A DNA stretch of 18,895 bases from Candidatus Heimdallarchaeota archaeon. GTDB taxonomy: Archaea > Asgardarchaeota > Heimdallarchaeia > Heimdallarchaeales > Heimdallarchaeaceae. Position 1 is the first letter of the stretch, and every line of letters begins with the position of its first letter. The notes beneath the pieces were generated by a model that did no database searches, was not told where the DNA came from, and saw nothing but the letters and a program-made list of their open reading frames with translations. A program made the translations under genes and the position numbers. This document shows, piece by piece, positions 1-18,895 of this stretch. The stretch spans positions 1 to 18,895 of the forward strand of contig JAGXNV010000027.1 of assembly GCA_019894795.1 (NCBI GenBank), read 5' to 3'.

Positions 1-2968
<2,968 letters not shown>

Positions 2969-3181
2969 TCATACTTTGCTTCCAAAAATTGGAATCAGTC
3001 GTTTTGCCATTTAACGCTTTTAGTCGGATGTTTTCCCCTAAATATACGCTATTGAAATTGGGAGTTTATAATATATAAAGAAATTGGTATACCATAGAGT
3101 TTTAAGGGCATAAGAGCGCGAAATAAACCATTTTCTTATACAATTGTACATTAATCTAATGAAAAGAGAATAAAGAAGGTT

Positions 3182-4120
3182 TTATGGGATAATTTTTGTC
3201 CCAGATTCACCTTGAATTGCAGCTATTGCATTTTCAGGATTAGTAATTAGTGTAACCCCTTGAGTTTCCTTTACGAAACTGATTCCAGCTTCCATCTTTG
3301 GACCCATACTACCCTTAATAAAATGGCCATCATCATGATATTGCATAGCCAGAGCTAAACTTATTTCACCGATAGATTCTTGGGTATCAGTATTATAATT
3401 CAAATAAGCATTTGAAACATCAGTGAGAATCATTAGGGTTTTTGCACCAATTTGTGAGGCTAATACAGCGGACGCTCGATCTTTATCTATAACAGCTATT
3501 GATCCACGAAGCTCTCCTTCCGGCGTTCTAATTACAGGAATTCCTCCTCCGCCTACACTGTAGACAATTCCACCTCTCTCAGCTATAGCTAGAATTTCCT
3601 GCTTCTCAACTATCTCTAAAGGTTTTGGCGATGCAACAAACAACCTGTATCCTCGTCCAGCATCATCTAGATAAGGTCCATGTCCTTGATTATTAAATTC
3701 CTCTGCTTGGTCTTTTGTGTAGAACCTTCCGATTGGTTTTGTTGGGTTTTCAAATGCAGGATCTTTCCCATCCACTACAACTCTTGTACTAATGGTTGTA
3801 ACAATTATGGCCTTCCCCCGTCTTTGAAGTTCGTTTTGAACAGTTTGGTTGATCATATAACCAATTTGGCCTTGGCTCATTGCCCCACAGACATATAAGG
3901 GCATTGGAGGTGCGTCCTCATAGCTCTGTTGTGCTAATATATTTCCAACTTGAGGACCATTACCACTAGTTAAAACAACTTGAAAACCTAGATCGACTAA
4001 ATCTGCAATAACATTTGCAGCTTCCTTCATATTGTCCATTTGCTCCTCAAAAGAACCTTTTTGCCCTCTTTTAAGAATCATATTTCCTCCGAGTGCAATA
4101 ACTATTAATTTATCTTTCAA
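3182..4120 (-). CDS. arcC: Carbamate kinase
   Basis: 312-aa ORF with IVIALGGN near the N-terminus, the TSGNGPQVG motif, and the C-terminal GSMGPK-like motif typical of carbamate kinases (amino-acid kinase fold). The start codon is TTG at 4120..4118. An in-frame TAA two codons upstream rules out a longer ORF, and the next ATG would delete the conserved ALGGN motif. Confidence 0.85.
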   Translation of the reverse strand: MKDKLIVIALGGNMILKRGQKGSFEEQMDNMKEAANVIADLVDLGFQVVLTSGNGPQVGNILAQQSYEDAPPMPLYVCGAMSQGQIGYMINQTVQNELQRRGKAIIVTTISTRVVVDGKDPAFENPTKPIGRFYTKDQAEEFNNQGHGPYLDDAGRGYRLFVASPKPLEIVEKQEILAIAERGGIVYSVGGGGIPVIRTPEGELRGSIAVIDKDRASAVLASQIGAKTLMILTDVSNAYLNYNTDTQESIGEISLALAMQYHDDGHFIKGSMGPKMEAGISFVKETQGVTLITNPENAIAAIQGESGTKIIP

Positions 4121-4152
4121 TTTTTAGCACCAGTAGATTTTTGGAGGCATTC

Positions 4153-4166
4153 ATATATATAAAAAT
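4153..4166 (-). promoter_or_regulatory. TATA-like box upstream of carbamate kinase
   Basis: The minus strand reads AATTTTTATATATATG, centred about 40 nt upstream of the TTG start. A GGTG Shine-Dalgarno-like element lies between it and the start. Position-based inference only. Confidence 0.35.
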
Positions 4167-4198
4167 TCGTTTTACAATGTTTCTAAAAATGTGAGTAA

Positions 4199-4212
4199 GA
4201 AAAAATCAAAAT
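4199..4212 (-). terminator. Oligo-T tract downstream of the methylthiotransferase gene
   Basis: The minus strand reads ATTTTGATTTTTTC, starting about 10 nt after the stop at 4223. Archaeal termination typically uses oligo-T runs. Confidence 0.4.
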
Positions 4213-4222
4213 TATGTTATAC

Positions 4223-5545
<1,323 letters not shown>

Positions 5546-5680
5546 TCACTTAAAAAACCCACTGTTCCTTGAGAGATGTAAAGAATAACTAAGAAATAAA
5601 ATGATGTCTTAAAATAACAAAATAATGTTTTAAACAACAAAAATTGGTAATAGAAAGGTTTTTGGATAGAACAAAGAAAA

Positions 5681-6358
5681 GTGAGAAATAGCAATTTTAC
5701 TGTGACGATAATGAGTATGTTTGAACAAAAAGCCCCGATACTACTATATGCAATAGATATTGTAAATGGTCATCTGATAAAGGAAGGGGATGAGTCATAT
5801 CGCTGGGTATTGGTAACAAGCAACAGTGAGAAAATCTACAAGATAAGACTCAACGGCACTATAATAGATAAGTACCATAGTGCAAGTGATGGAACTAAAA
5901 AATCATTCACAACCTTGACATTAGACGATGGAACAGCTACAGTTAGAGTAAAAGCTTGGGAGGACACTGCAGAATTTTTGAATGGTTTCATCATCGGTAA
6001 TGACATTGACGTGATTGGAAAACCTAGAGCAAGTGATGATGAAGTTTATGTTTTGCCTGAAATAGTAATGCTAATTGAAGATTCGAATAAAGAACTTTAC
6101 TTACGAGCTAAGAAAATTAAAAGATATACTAAGAATAATCTGATCATCTCAAAAGAAGTAGAGGATTCGCCTGATCATAATCAAGAGCAGAAAGAGAAGA
6201 TATGGGGATTAATTGCAGATTCTGAAGAAGGTTTGGAGTTAGAAGAAATTATGAAAACGACCAAATTAGATAAAGCAACAGTTGAATCAATTATCCACGA
6301 TTTACTTAATGATGGTGACATCTACGAACCAAGTGCACTAAAATTCAAAAAAATCTAA
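5681..6358 (+). CDS. OB-fold plus C-terminal winged-helix protein, RPA32/Stn1-like single-stranded-DNA-binding subunit (putative)
   Basis: The central segment TLTLDDGTATVRVKAWEDTAEFL...IDVIGKPRASDDEVYVLPEIV resembles an RPA2-type OB fold. The C-terminal IWGLIADSEEGLELEEIMKTTKLDKATVESIIHDLLNDGDIYEP resembles a winged helix. The track start is GTG 5681. ATG codons at 5711/5717 (MSMFEQK) are equally plausible starts. Confidence 0.5.
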   Translation: MRNSNFTVTIMSMFEQKAPILLYAIDIVNGHLIKEGDESYRWVLVTSNSEKIYKIRLNGTIIDKYHSASDGTKKSFTTLTLDDGTATVRVKAWEDTAEFLNGFIIGNDIDVIGKPRASDDEVYVLPEIVMLIEDSNKELYLRAKKIKRYTKNNLIISKEVEDSPDHNQEQKEKIWGLIADSEEGLELEEIMKTTKLDKATVESIIHDLLNDGDIYEPSALKFKKI

Positions 6359-6363
6359 TCAGA

Positions 6364-6777
<414 letters not shown>

Positions 6778-6887
6778 TTAGATGAAATCTAAAGAAAATC
6801 GCTTTAATAATCGTCTAATCTTCTAGTGAGAATATAGGAGAGAAATGAAGTAGTTTCTTACAGGAAATTGTGCTGTAAACGTTATAA

Positions 6888-7070
<183 letters not shown>

Positions 7071-7090
7071 AAAAGTATTGAAAAAAGAAT

Positions 7091-7103
7091 GCTTTTTAAG
7101 TTT
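7091..7103 (-). promoter_or_regulatory. TATA-like box for the 5S locus
   Basis: The minus strand reads AAACTTAAAAAGC, centred about 26 nt upstream of G7070, the first base of the terminal helix. That matches the usual archaeal TATA-to-TSS spacing. Inference from position only. Confidence 0.35.
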
Positions 7104-7161
7104 ACTATTAGCGACAAATGTTTTATTAAGTTTAGTACAACTTTAGAAGTAGGTCGAAATG

Positions 7162-7174
7162 TTTAAATTTAAAT
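7162..7174 (+). promoter_or_regulatory. TATA-like box for tRNA-Ser
   Basis: TTTAAATTTAAAT lies 27-39 nt upstream of the tRNA 5' end at 7201. Confidence 0.4.
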
Positions 7175-7200
7175 CTATTAGGGAAATTAATAGAAAAAAC

Positions 7201-7283
<83 letters not shown>

Positions 7284-7310
7284 TTCTTTTCTATGTATAT
7301 CACTCCAAAT

Positions 7311-8111
7311 CTAATTGATTAAAGCTCTTAATCCAAAACCTATTCCATATGCTGCTGCTGCTGCAATTCCACCTAATGCTAACATCTCCAATCCAGATCG
7401 AATGAAGTTCTTTCCTGTTACTTTCACCTTCAAAGATCCTAGAACAAAAAGAGTTATCCCGGTTAGAATGCAAGCTAGTAGAAATGACAATGATGGATTA
7501 TCTCTAAGAGAAGGTGTCAATTGAGCTATTACATATGTTATCAATGGAACAAAACCAAACACAGCAAACGATAGAAAAGTTGCAATACCATTTTTTATTG
7601 GAGATTCATCGGTTTCAATTATCCCCAACTCCTCTGCCATCATTACATCGACCCAGGCTACGGGATATTTAGAAATTACTTCAACTACAGATTTAGCATC
7701 TTCTGAGCTCATCCCCTTATCTTCATATATTTCTATCATCTCTTTCTTTTCTCCTTCAGGATAATGTTCCACTTCCCACTCTTCCCTTTCTCTTTCACCC
7801 ATTTCATATTCCCGTTCGGATTTTGAACTTAGATAATCGCCTATACCCATCGATAGTCCATCGGCTAATAGATTGGCAAAACCCAAAATCAGTATTGCGC
7901 TGAAATCAAGGTTAGCTCCTACTACTCCTGCAACAATTGCAAATGTTGTAATTATTCCATCGACGCCACCGTAAATTAGGCTTTTCACATATTTTCCCGC
8001 TTCTCTTTGATGACGTTCCGGAGCTTTTACGGAATGAGCTTCTTTCATTTTCTCTACATCTTTTTCTTTGTAAGCTTCCTTCGCTTTCTCTAAATCTCTG
8101 CTTGCTGCCAT
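7311..8111 (-). CDS. VIT1/CCC1-family iron/manganese transporter
   Basis: 266-aa ORF. It has YGGVDGIITTFAIVAGVVGA (the family GxxDGxxTxxAxVxG motif), a Glu-rich cytoplasmic metal-binding segment (SEREYEMGEREREEWEVEHYPEGEKKEMIEIYE), and C-terminal TM helices. Confidence 0.8.
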   Translation of the reverse strand: MAASRDLEKAKEAYKEKDVEKMKEAHSVKAPERHQREAGKYVKSLIYGGVDGIITTFAIVAGVVGANLDFSAILILGFANLLADGLSMGIGDYLSSKSEREYEMGEREREEWEVEHYPEGEKKEMIEIYEDKGMSSEDAKSVVEVISKYPVAWVDVMMAEELGIIETDESPIKNGIATFLSFAVFGFVPLITYVIAQLTPSLRDNPSLSFLLACILTGITLFVLGSLKVKVTGKNFIRSGLEMLALGGIAAAAAYGIGFGLRALIN

Positions 8112-8156
8112 GATTCGACATTCTCCTTATAGATTATTTTAAAGAAAACTACATAA

Positions 8157-11633
<3,477 letters not shown>

Positions 11634-11830
11634 AAATGGGTCTAAATACTCAAAGATGAAAATAGTAGTTTTAGAATAAGTAAAGTTGAAGGATTTATCT
11701 ATTTTATCAGGCAACTACTAACGATAAACCTTAATAATTAGCTAATATTCACTATCTAATGTCGCATTAGTGACCCCTATTAGAGGTTACGTGGTGAACT
11801 AATAGAATATAATCCTTAATGGAGGATTAA

Positions 11831-13768
<1,938 letters not shown>

Positions 13769-13772
<4 letters not shown>

Positions 13773-14092
13773 TTGAACAACTTCACTTACTAATTTTAGC
13801 AATTATCCTATTTGGTGTAGGTTTATACGCTATATTAGGAAAGAGAAATGTGATAAAAATCTTAATGGGTATTGAAATCATGACAATATCAATAAATGTC
13901 GCTTTTATCGCACTTGGTACAGAAATTATAGCAAATGGATCAAATGAATTCGCAGATTTTGCGCAAATATTCCCATTGATTTCACTTGCTGTTGGAGCAG
14001 CTGTTATTGCGCTTGGACTCGCAATTGTCATTAACAACTATAGACACACAAAGGGTGTAGATAGTGATGAAATGTCCACATTAAAAAGGTGA
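13769..14092 (+). CDS. nuoK: NuoK/ND4L-like membrane subunit
   Basis: 107 aa, 3 TM. ILGKRNVIKILMGIEIMTISINVAFI and AAVIALGLAIVINNYR match the NuoK pattern (R.N.....L.G.EIM.N......; AAAE...GLA......R). ATGA overlap with the nuoJ-like gene. Confidence 0.8.
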
Positions 14093-14097
14093 TATGA

Positions 14098-15906
14098 ATG
14101 TCTACAATAGTAATATTTACAATAATAGCCATTGTTGCCCCCATAGTTGGTGCATTTCTCTCACTACTACTGAAGAAATGGTCAGCTGTGCGTGACATTT
14201 TTAGTGTTAGTTCAATTGGAATTTCAGCTATAGCAGCAATTGTTGTATTTGGTTTATATGACGGCAGTCCAATAGACAGCACGGTCAATTGGCTAAATTG
14301 GTCAGTAACCTCTGTACAAACTGGGGTCTACCTAGATTCACTCTCAGTCCTAATGGGACTCATTGTTTCAGTATTAAGTATGTTAATTGCATTCTTCTCA
14401 CTGGAATACATGGGTGAAGATAAACACAAACCTAGATACTGGTTCTTCATTCAACTATTTGTTGGTGGGATGCTACTACTAGTCTTCGCCTCGGATATGA
14501 TTTTCCTATTCTTAGGCTGGGAATTAGTTGGTCTATGTTCTTGTTTCCTAATCGGTCACTTCTACATGAAAAAAGGTGAAGAAGGAGAAAAGCCTGCAAA
14601 AAGTGGAATTAAAGCTTTGATCATGACAGGTATAGGTGATGTAGGTCTGCTTGCATTTTTAGCATGGGCTTATACACAAAATAACAACGTACTAATTAAT
14701 GATCCGGCTAATAATTTTGATGTAGCACCTGGTATAGGTATTGTAATGAGCATTCTATTGGTACTTGCACCTATTACAAAATCTGCACAATTTCCACTCC
14801 AATCTTGGTTAAGTTCAGGAGACACCGTGGATGTTGATGCTATGCAAGGCCCCACCACTGTTTCAGCACTAATACACGCTGCAACAATGGTTAAGGCAGG
14901 TGTGTATCTTGTTGCTCGATTCAGCCCAATATGGGATGTACAAGCATTCTATACTATACTCATGGTGGTTGCTGGAATATCAACAGTATTAGCTGCAATC
15001 GGCGCGCTAGTATCAACAGATCTCAAAAGAGTACTTGCTTACAGTACAATCTCACAACTTAGTTACATGTTCTTAGCATTTACAATACGAACTGATGAGG
15101 GATTGTTTGCAGGACAAATGCATTTGTTCTCACACTCAATATTCAAAGCGCTACTCTTCTTGTCAGCAGGTGCAATTATTCACTCTGTTGCTGAAGAACG
15201 AGACATGAAGAAAATGGGTGGATTACGCAAAGACCTACCTTGGATTTACGGATTTATGATGGCTGGTGCTCTTGGTTTGATTGGTCTCCCAATTTTAACT
15301 AACGGTGGATTTTCAAAAGAACTAATAATAACAGCAGCTTTTAATGAAGGAAATTGGTTTATCTTTGTCCTTACAGTACTAACAGCTTTCTTAACTGCAT
15401 TATATGCTGCAAGAATGTTCTTCATGATCTTCCATGGTAAGAACAGAGGAGTAAAGGTCCACAAACCTAAATATATAATGAGAATCACATTAGGAATTCT
15501 AGCTGTGCTAGTTGTAGTAACAGGATTTCTTATTGAAGGTCCATTGCATAACTTATTCAGCGGACATGCTGATCCATATGAATTAATTAGAGACTTTAAA
15601 GTCGTGCCTTTCATTTCTGCTTTTGGAGCAATAATATTAGGTGTCGGATTAGCTTTCTTGTTATATGGTAAAGGTCAAACTGAAGTAAGTTTCATTGAGG
15701 ACAATAAAATGATGAAAGCTTGTAGAGAAATTGTAGCCAATGGTTACTACATTGATCACTTGTACAATCTAATTATCATCAAGCCTATATTCTGGATTGG
15801 AAAACAACTTTCTTTCCTGAAGACAGGTAAGATTAATTGGAATATGCTACTTGGATCCGCAGTGGCAATAGTTGCTATTGCAGTTTTAGTGATGGTGATG
15901 GTCTAA
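14098..15906 (+). CDS. nuoL: NuoL/ND5-like antiporter-type subunit with C-terminal lateral-helix region
   Basis: 602 aa. Motifs: LGWELVGLCSCFLIGHFY, TKSAQFPLQSWL...DAMQGPTTVSALIHAATMVKAGVYLVAR, HSIFKALLFLSAGAIIH, MGGL, GGFSKE. The C-terminus is ANGYYIDHLYN...(about 55 aa)...final TM, the NuoL-specific HL helix plus TM16 layout. Confidence 0.88.
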   Translation: MSTIVIFTIIAIVAPIVGAFLSLLLKKWSAVRDIFSVSSIGISAIAAIVVFGLYDGSPIDSTVNWLNWSVTSVQTGVYLDSLSVLMGLIVSVLSMLIAFFSLEYMGEDKHKPRYWFFIQLFVGGMLLLVFASDMIFLFLGWELVGLCSCFLIGHFYMKKGEEGEKPAKSGIKALIMTGIGDVGLLAFLAWAYTQNNNVLINDPANNFDVAPGIGIVMSILLVLAPITKSAQFPLQSWLSSGDTVDVDAMQGPTTVSALIHAATMVKAGVYLVARFSPIWDVQAFYTILMVVAGISTVLAAIGALVSTDLKRVLAYSTISQLSYMFLAFTIRTDEGLFAGQMHLFSHSIFKALLFLSAGAIIHSVAEERDMKKMGGLRKDLPWIYGFMMAGALGLIGLPILTNGGFSKELIITAAFNEGNWFIFVLTVLTAFLTALYAARMFFMIFHGKNRGVKVHKPKYIMRITLGILAVLVVVTGFLIEGPLHNLFSGHADPYELIRDFKVVPFISAFGAIILGVGLAFLLYGKGQTEVSFIEDNKMMKACREIVANGYYIDHLYNLIIIKPIFWIGKQLSFLKTGKINWNMLLGSAVAIVAIAVLVMVMV

Positions 15907-17390
15907 TGAATTATCTATCGTTAATACTAATTATCCCTCTTGCAGGTGCTGGTTTGCTTGCTTTATTCGAGCAAATTAGAAAATACCTTGTCAAGATAAA
16001 GATAAATGTCGACATCTTAAACCATGCTTTCGCAAATGTTGTAGCATTCGGAATATTCGTATTCAGTTTTGTTTCAATATTTGTAAACGGAATATGGTCA
16101 GTGAATACTACCTCTGATGGACTATTAGAATTTGGACAATTGCAGTCAATATTGATTACAATATTCAGCTTCTTAGTCTGGATGGCTGTTCTCTTTAGTG
16201 TAGATTACATGAAAGGTAAGAATGGTTTAGGATACTACTATGCTTTGATCCTTACATTACTATCAGGTTTAAGTGCAGTAACTATGGCAAATAATTTCTT
16301 CACCCTATTCATTGGTTGGGAAATGTTTGCTCTGAGTGGTTACACACTTGTTGCATTTGATAGAATGAAACGAGGAGCAGTAGAAGCTTCATTGAAATAC
16401 TTCATCATGTCAACTGTTGGAAGCATGTTCGTACTTCTTGGAACAGCTTTAACATACGGAAGATTTGGAACAGTAAACTTTGTGGCAGTAAAAGCTGCAC
16501 TTGGTAGTAGCAATCCAACTAATCCATTAACTGGTGCAATTGTTGCGCTTTTTGTTATTGGTTTTGGTGTTACATCTGCAGTGATTTTCCTAAATGCTTG
16601 GTTACCTGATGCACACTCTTCAGCACCTTCAACAATTTCTGCTTTGCTTTCGGGTATTGTAGTTAAAGCAGGTGCTTTCGGTATATTCAGAACCATAATC
16701 ACAGCATTTGGAAATACTAACATATTGCCCTACACATCAGTATTCATTTCTTGGATAGCTATCTTCACTATGTTTGAAGGAAACTTCTTAGTTTTCTATC
16801 AATTCAGAAGAAGTGATATAGTAGACTTCAAGAGAATATTAGCTTACTCTACTACTGTACATTTAGGATACATCCTTCTTGGTATAGGAGCAGGCACTGA
16901 TGTTGGTGTTCAAGCATCTATCTTCCATATACTAACACACTCTTTAGGCAAAGGATCCCTCTTTTTGCTCAGTGGAATAATTATTGCAGCCCTAGGCTCA
17001 CGAGATGTTCGTGACATGAAAGGTCTTGGAAGAAGATCTCCTCTTATAGGAATCTTTCTAACAATCGCCCTTCTATCACTAGGTGGTATACCAATTACAG
17101 CTGGTTTTTACTCAAAACTACTTGTAATCGTATCTGCCGCTGGTGGACTTTATAGTCCAACCATGAACGTTCTCATCGTGATAATGGCTATCCTTAATTC
17201 TCTGCTAGCTCTTGGAAGTTATCTATACATCCTAAAGATAATGTTATTCGATGAACCTGATGCAAAAGCAGTCGATAAGATTGAAATCCCAATAATACAA
17301 ACTATTGTTATGTCAATAATGGTAGTGCTAATTATCTTCTTAGGTATTTGGCCAGATAGTATACTACACTTTATTGGCTTAGTAGTTTAG
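15906..17390 (+). CDS. nuoN: NuoN/ND2-like antiporter-type subunit
   Basis: 494 aa from ATG 15906, which forms a TAATG overlap with the nuoL-like stop. Motifs: LFIGWEMFALSGYTLVAF...EASLKYFIMSTVGSMFVLLG, WLPDAHSSAPSTISALLS, LAYSTTVHLGYILLG, HSLGKGSLFLLSG, GFYSKLLV. The EA.LKY...G...S motif favours NuoN over NuoM. The track start (TTG 15837) overlaps nuoL in another frame and is rejected. Confidence 0.8.
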   Translation: MNYLSLILIIPLAGAGLLALFEQIRKYLVKIKINVDILNHAFANVVAFGIFVFSFVSIFVNGIWSVNTTSDGLLEFGQLQSILITIFSFLVWMAVLFSVDYMKGKNGLGYYYALILTLLSGLSAVTMANNFFTLFIGWEMFALSGYTLVAFDRMKRGAVEASLKYFIMSTVGSMFVLLGTALTYGRFGTVNFVAVKAALGSSNPTNPLTGAIVALFVIGFGVTSAVIFLNAWLPDAHSSAPSTISALLSGIVVKAGAFGIFRTIITAFGNTNILPYTSVFISWIAIFTMFEGNFLVFYQFRRSDIVDFKRILAYSTTVHLGYILLGIGAGTDVGVQASIFHILTHSLGKGSLFLLSGIIIAALGSRDVRDMKGLGRRSPLIGIFLTIALLSLGGIPITAGFYSKLLVIVSAAGGLYSPTMNVLIVIMAILNSLLALGSYLYILKIMLFDEPDAKAVDKIEIPIIQTIVMSIMVVLIIFLGIWPDSILHFIGLVV

Positions 17391-17408
17391 AATTGGGATA
17401 AATCTCCC

Positions 17409-17433
17409 TTTTTTCTTTTTCTTATTTTTTCTT
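17409..17433 (+). terminator. Oligo-T terminator region after the nuo-like operon
   Basis: TTTTTTCTTTTTCTTATTTTTTCTT starts about 19 nt after the stop at 17390. These are multiple T5-T6 runs typical of archaeal termination. Confidence 0.6.
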
Positions 17434-17479
17434 CAAGTATAGTAAAAATATTTTTAACTCCCATATATAGGCGTAAGTC

Positions 17480-17857
17480 ATGGAAATTCTAGATTATGTT
17501 AATGGAATCTATTCAATTGTTGTTGGAATCTCACTTAATCTTTTCTGGATTGTAGTATTTAGTTTGAAATCCTCACCCAAACTTATTGAAAATCCTAAGG
17601 AAAGACTCTTTCATGTAATAGCAGAATTTTTCATATCTACATTAGCTATCATTGCAGGTATAGGTATTTTTTACGAGCAGGATTGGGGTATTTATCTCTT
17701 CTTCATAGCTTTTGGTGCTTTGACCTATGCATGTATAAATGCTATAGGTATTTATTCGAAGAAAAAACTGTGGTTATTAGTGGGGACACTTTCGTTAGTT
17801 GGAATTATTTCATTTGTTTTACTACTGTTTAATCTTATTAGAATAATTACAGTATAA
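17480..17857 (+). CDS. Hypothetical 4-TM membrane protein
   Basis: 125-aa ORF with four hydrophobic segments and no recognisable motif. An AAAAATATTTTTA box 25-35 nt upstream suggests its own promoter and a leaderless or short-leader mRNA. Confidence 0.5.
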   Translation: MEILDYVNGIYSIVVGISLNLFWIVVFSLKSSPKLIENPKERLFHVIAEFFISTLAIIAGIGIFYEQDWGIYLFFIAFGALTYACINAIGIYSKKKLWLLVGTLSLVGIISFVLLLFNLIRIITV

Positions 17858-17905
17858 AATAAGTATTAGAAAAAGACTACATAAAAGAAGAGTAAGAAAG
17901 AATAA

Positions 17906-18364
17906 TTAGAAATCCGCACTTATTAAGCCAGCGTTTATTTGCCTAATGCCATTATAGACTACACTGGCTACAAGAAGCAGTCCAACTAGCCAACCTACAT
18001 AATCAATAAAACCTGTACTTAAGCCAAATGTAAAACCTGCTAATCCACATAAAATATAGTGCATACCTGATTTCTGATCCTTTTTATTGTATTTAATAAT
18101 ACCCAGTACAATACCAACAATAGGAATAATGATTGATAATACCATGAAAAGAATAAGCTTGTTCTTCTCTTCTTTTGTCGGAGGAGTGCCTGTAGCTACA
18201 GGAGGAGCTCCTACAGTAGTTGGTCCAGAAGTATCAGTTTGAGAAACTGGAGTAGCTTGAGGTTCAGCTATAACTTCTACAACTTTGGCACCACAACTGT
18301 CACAAAACTGCATGCCATCTTGTACCTTATCACCGCAATTTGAACAGAATACGTTTTTCGACAT
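17906..18364 (-). CDS. Zinc-ribbon domain membrane protein
   Basis: 152 aa. N-terminal CSNCGDKV...FCDSCGAKV double CxxC zinc ribbon, a Pro/Thr-rich linker (TPVSQTDTSGPTTVGAPPVATGTPPT), then 2-3 TM helices. Confidence 0.6.
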   Translation of the reverse strand: MSKNVFCSNCGDKVQDGMQFCDSCGAKVVEVIAEPQATPVSQTDTSGPTTVGAPPVATGTPPTKEEKNKLILFMVLSIIIPIVGIVLGIIKYNKKDQKSGMHYILCGLAGFTFGLSTGFIDYVGWLVGLLLVASVVYNGIRQINAGLISADF

Positions 18365-18453
18365 AATATCACAATGGTTCTTCTTAGTTCAATCTATTTT
18401 ACAGTATGTCATATTTAAGAATAACCCTTTTGTCTTACATCAATCACACTTAC

Positions 18454-18895
18454 TTATTCCTCATGTTGGATATCCTCACCTATACTCCACAAAAAGATCA
18501 TAGCTGATTTTGGCCCCATTCGTGAAAATTTTTTGGACAATTCCTTTCTAGCATAGCGATAATTGTCTGATTTATCCAAATTATCCATGAAATTTCTAAA
18601 CGACCCATATTCTTCTTGTACATTCGAAAATGCGATTGCATTTACTAATACAGATTCTATCTTAGCTCTATTTCTAATTATACGTGAGTTAGAAAGTAGT
18701 TCTTCTATATCTTCTTCATCAAGATCTACAACGCTATCAATTTTGAAATCCTTGAAAGCTATCTTAAAATCAGACCATTTGTCAGCAATAAGCTGCCAAC
18801 TTAATCCTGCTTGGAATACTGTTCTAGCCATATTTTCAAAGTAAGCATCGTCATCCGGAGGAAGTTCATCCCTATAAAACCAACCAGTGCGTGGG
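18454..18895 (-). CDS. tag: DNA-3-methyladenine glycosylase I (Tag)-like protein, partial (N-terminus outside window)
   Basis: The track ORF starts at Met 18831, but the frame stays open upstream to the window edge (PRTGWFYRDELPPDDDAYFENM...). FQAGLSW, IIRNRAKI and the overall spacing resemble the Tag/Adenine_glyco family. Confidence 0.6.
   Translation of the reverse strand, partial: PRTGWFYRDELPPDDDAYFENMARTVFQAGLSWQLIADKWSDFKIAFKDFKIDSVVDLDEEDIEELLSNSRIIRNRAKIESVLVNAIAFSNVQEEYGSFRNFMDNLDKSDNYRYARKELSKKFSRMGPKSAMIFLWSIGEDIQHEE

Noticed and set aside
7912-8121. 69-aa minus-strand ORF overlapping the 5' end of the VIT gene
   Set aside because: It is an alternative frame of the same strand. 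Its Arg/Ser-rich product is typical of an out-of-frame reading of a Glu/Lys-rich region.
11770-11790. Hairpin GTGACC-CCTATTAGA-GGTTAC in the hypF/nuoH-like intergenic region, as a possible riboswitch or regulatory RNA
   Set aside because: It is a 6-bp stem with a G-T pair, with no recognisable riboswitch motif or repeat. The evidence is too weak to call.
15837-15905. TTG 15837 as the nuoN-like start (track ORF)
   Set aside because: It would overlap the nuoL-like C-terminal TM by 70 nt in another frame. ATG 15906 gives a TAATG coupled start and a hydrophobic N-terminus typical of NuoN.

Overview
AT-rich chromosomal segment that looks archaeal: oligo-T tracts after genes, TATA-like boxes about 25-40 nt upstream of genes, an archaeal/eukaryal-type MtaB, and an RPA-like OB-fold protein. 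Left to right: gyrA (partial, minus strand, missing from the ORF track, interrupted by an intein right after the catalytic Tyr), gyrB, carbamate kinase, radical-SAM tRNA methylthiotransferase, RPA32-like OB/winged-helix protein, a small hypothetical protein, a stand-alone 5S rRNA locus, tRNA-Ser(GCU), a VIT1/CCC1-type iron transporter, hypE-hypF, a tightly coupled six-gene complex-I membrane-arm operon (NuoH-A-J-K-L-N-like), a small membrane protein, a zinc-ribbon membrane protein, and a partial Tag-like glycosylase. Two things stand out. (1) The 5S rRNA gene appears circularly permuted. The canonical 3' half comes first and is joined through a UUCG-capped helix I to the canonical 5' half. The unit is bracketed by a 10-11 bp terminal helix with a bulge-helix-bulge-like element and an extra hairpin. 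(2) The nuo-like operon encodes only membrane (P-module) subunits. No NuoB/C/D/I or NuoM is present in the window, several canonical channel residues appear substituted, and the operon sits directly downstream of the [NiFe]-hydrogenase maturation genes hypEF. All calls come from reading the sequence and recalling family motifs. No database search was run.
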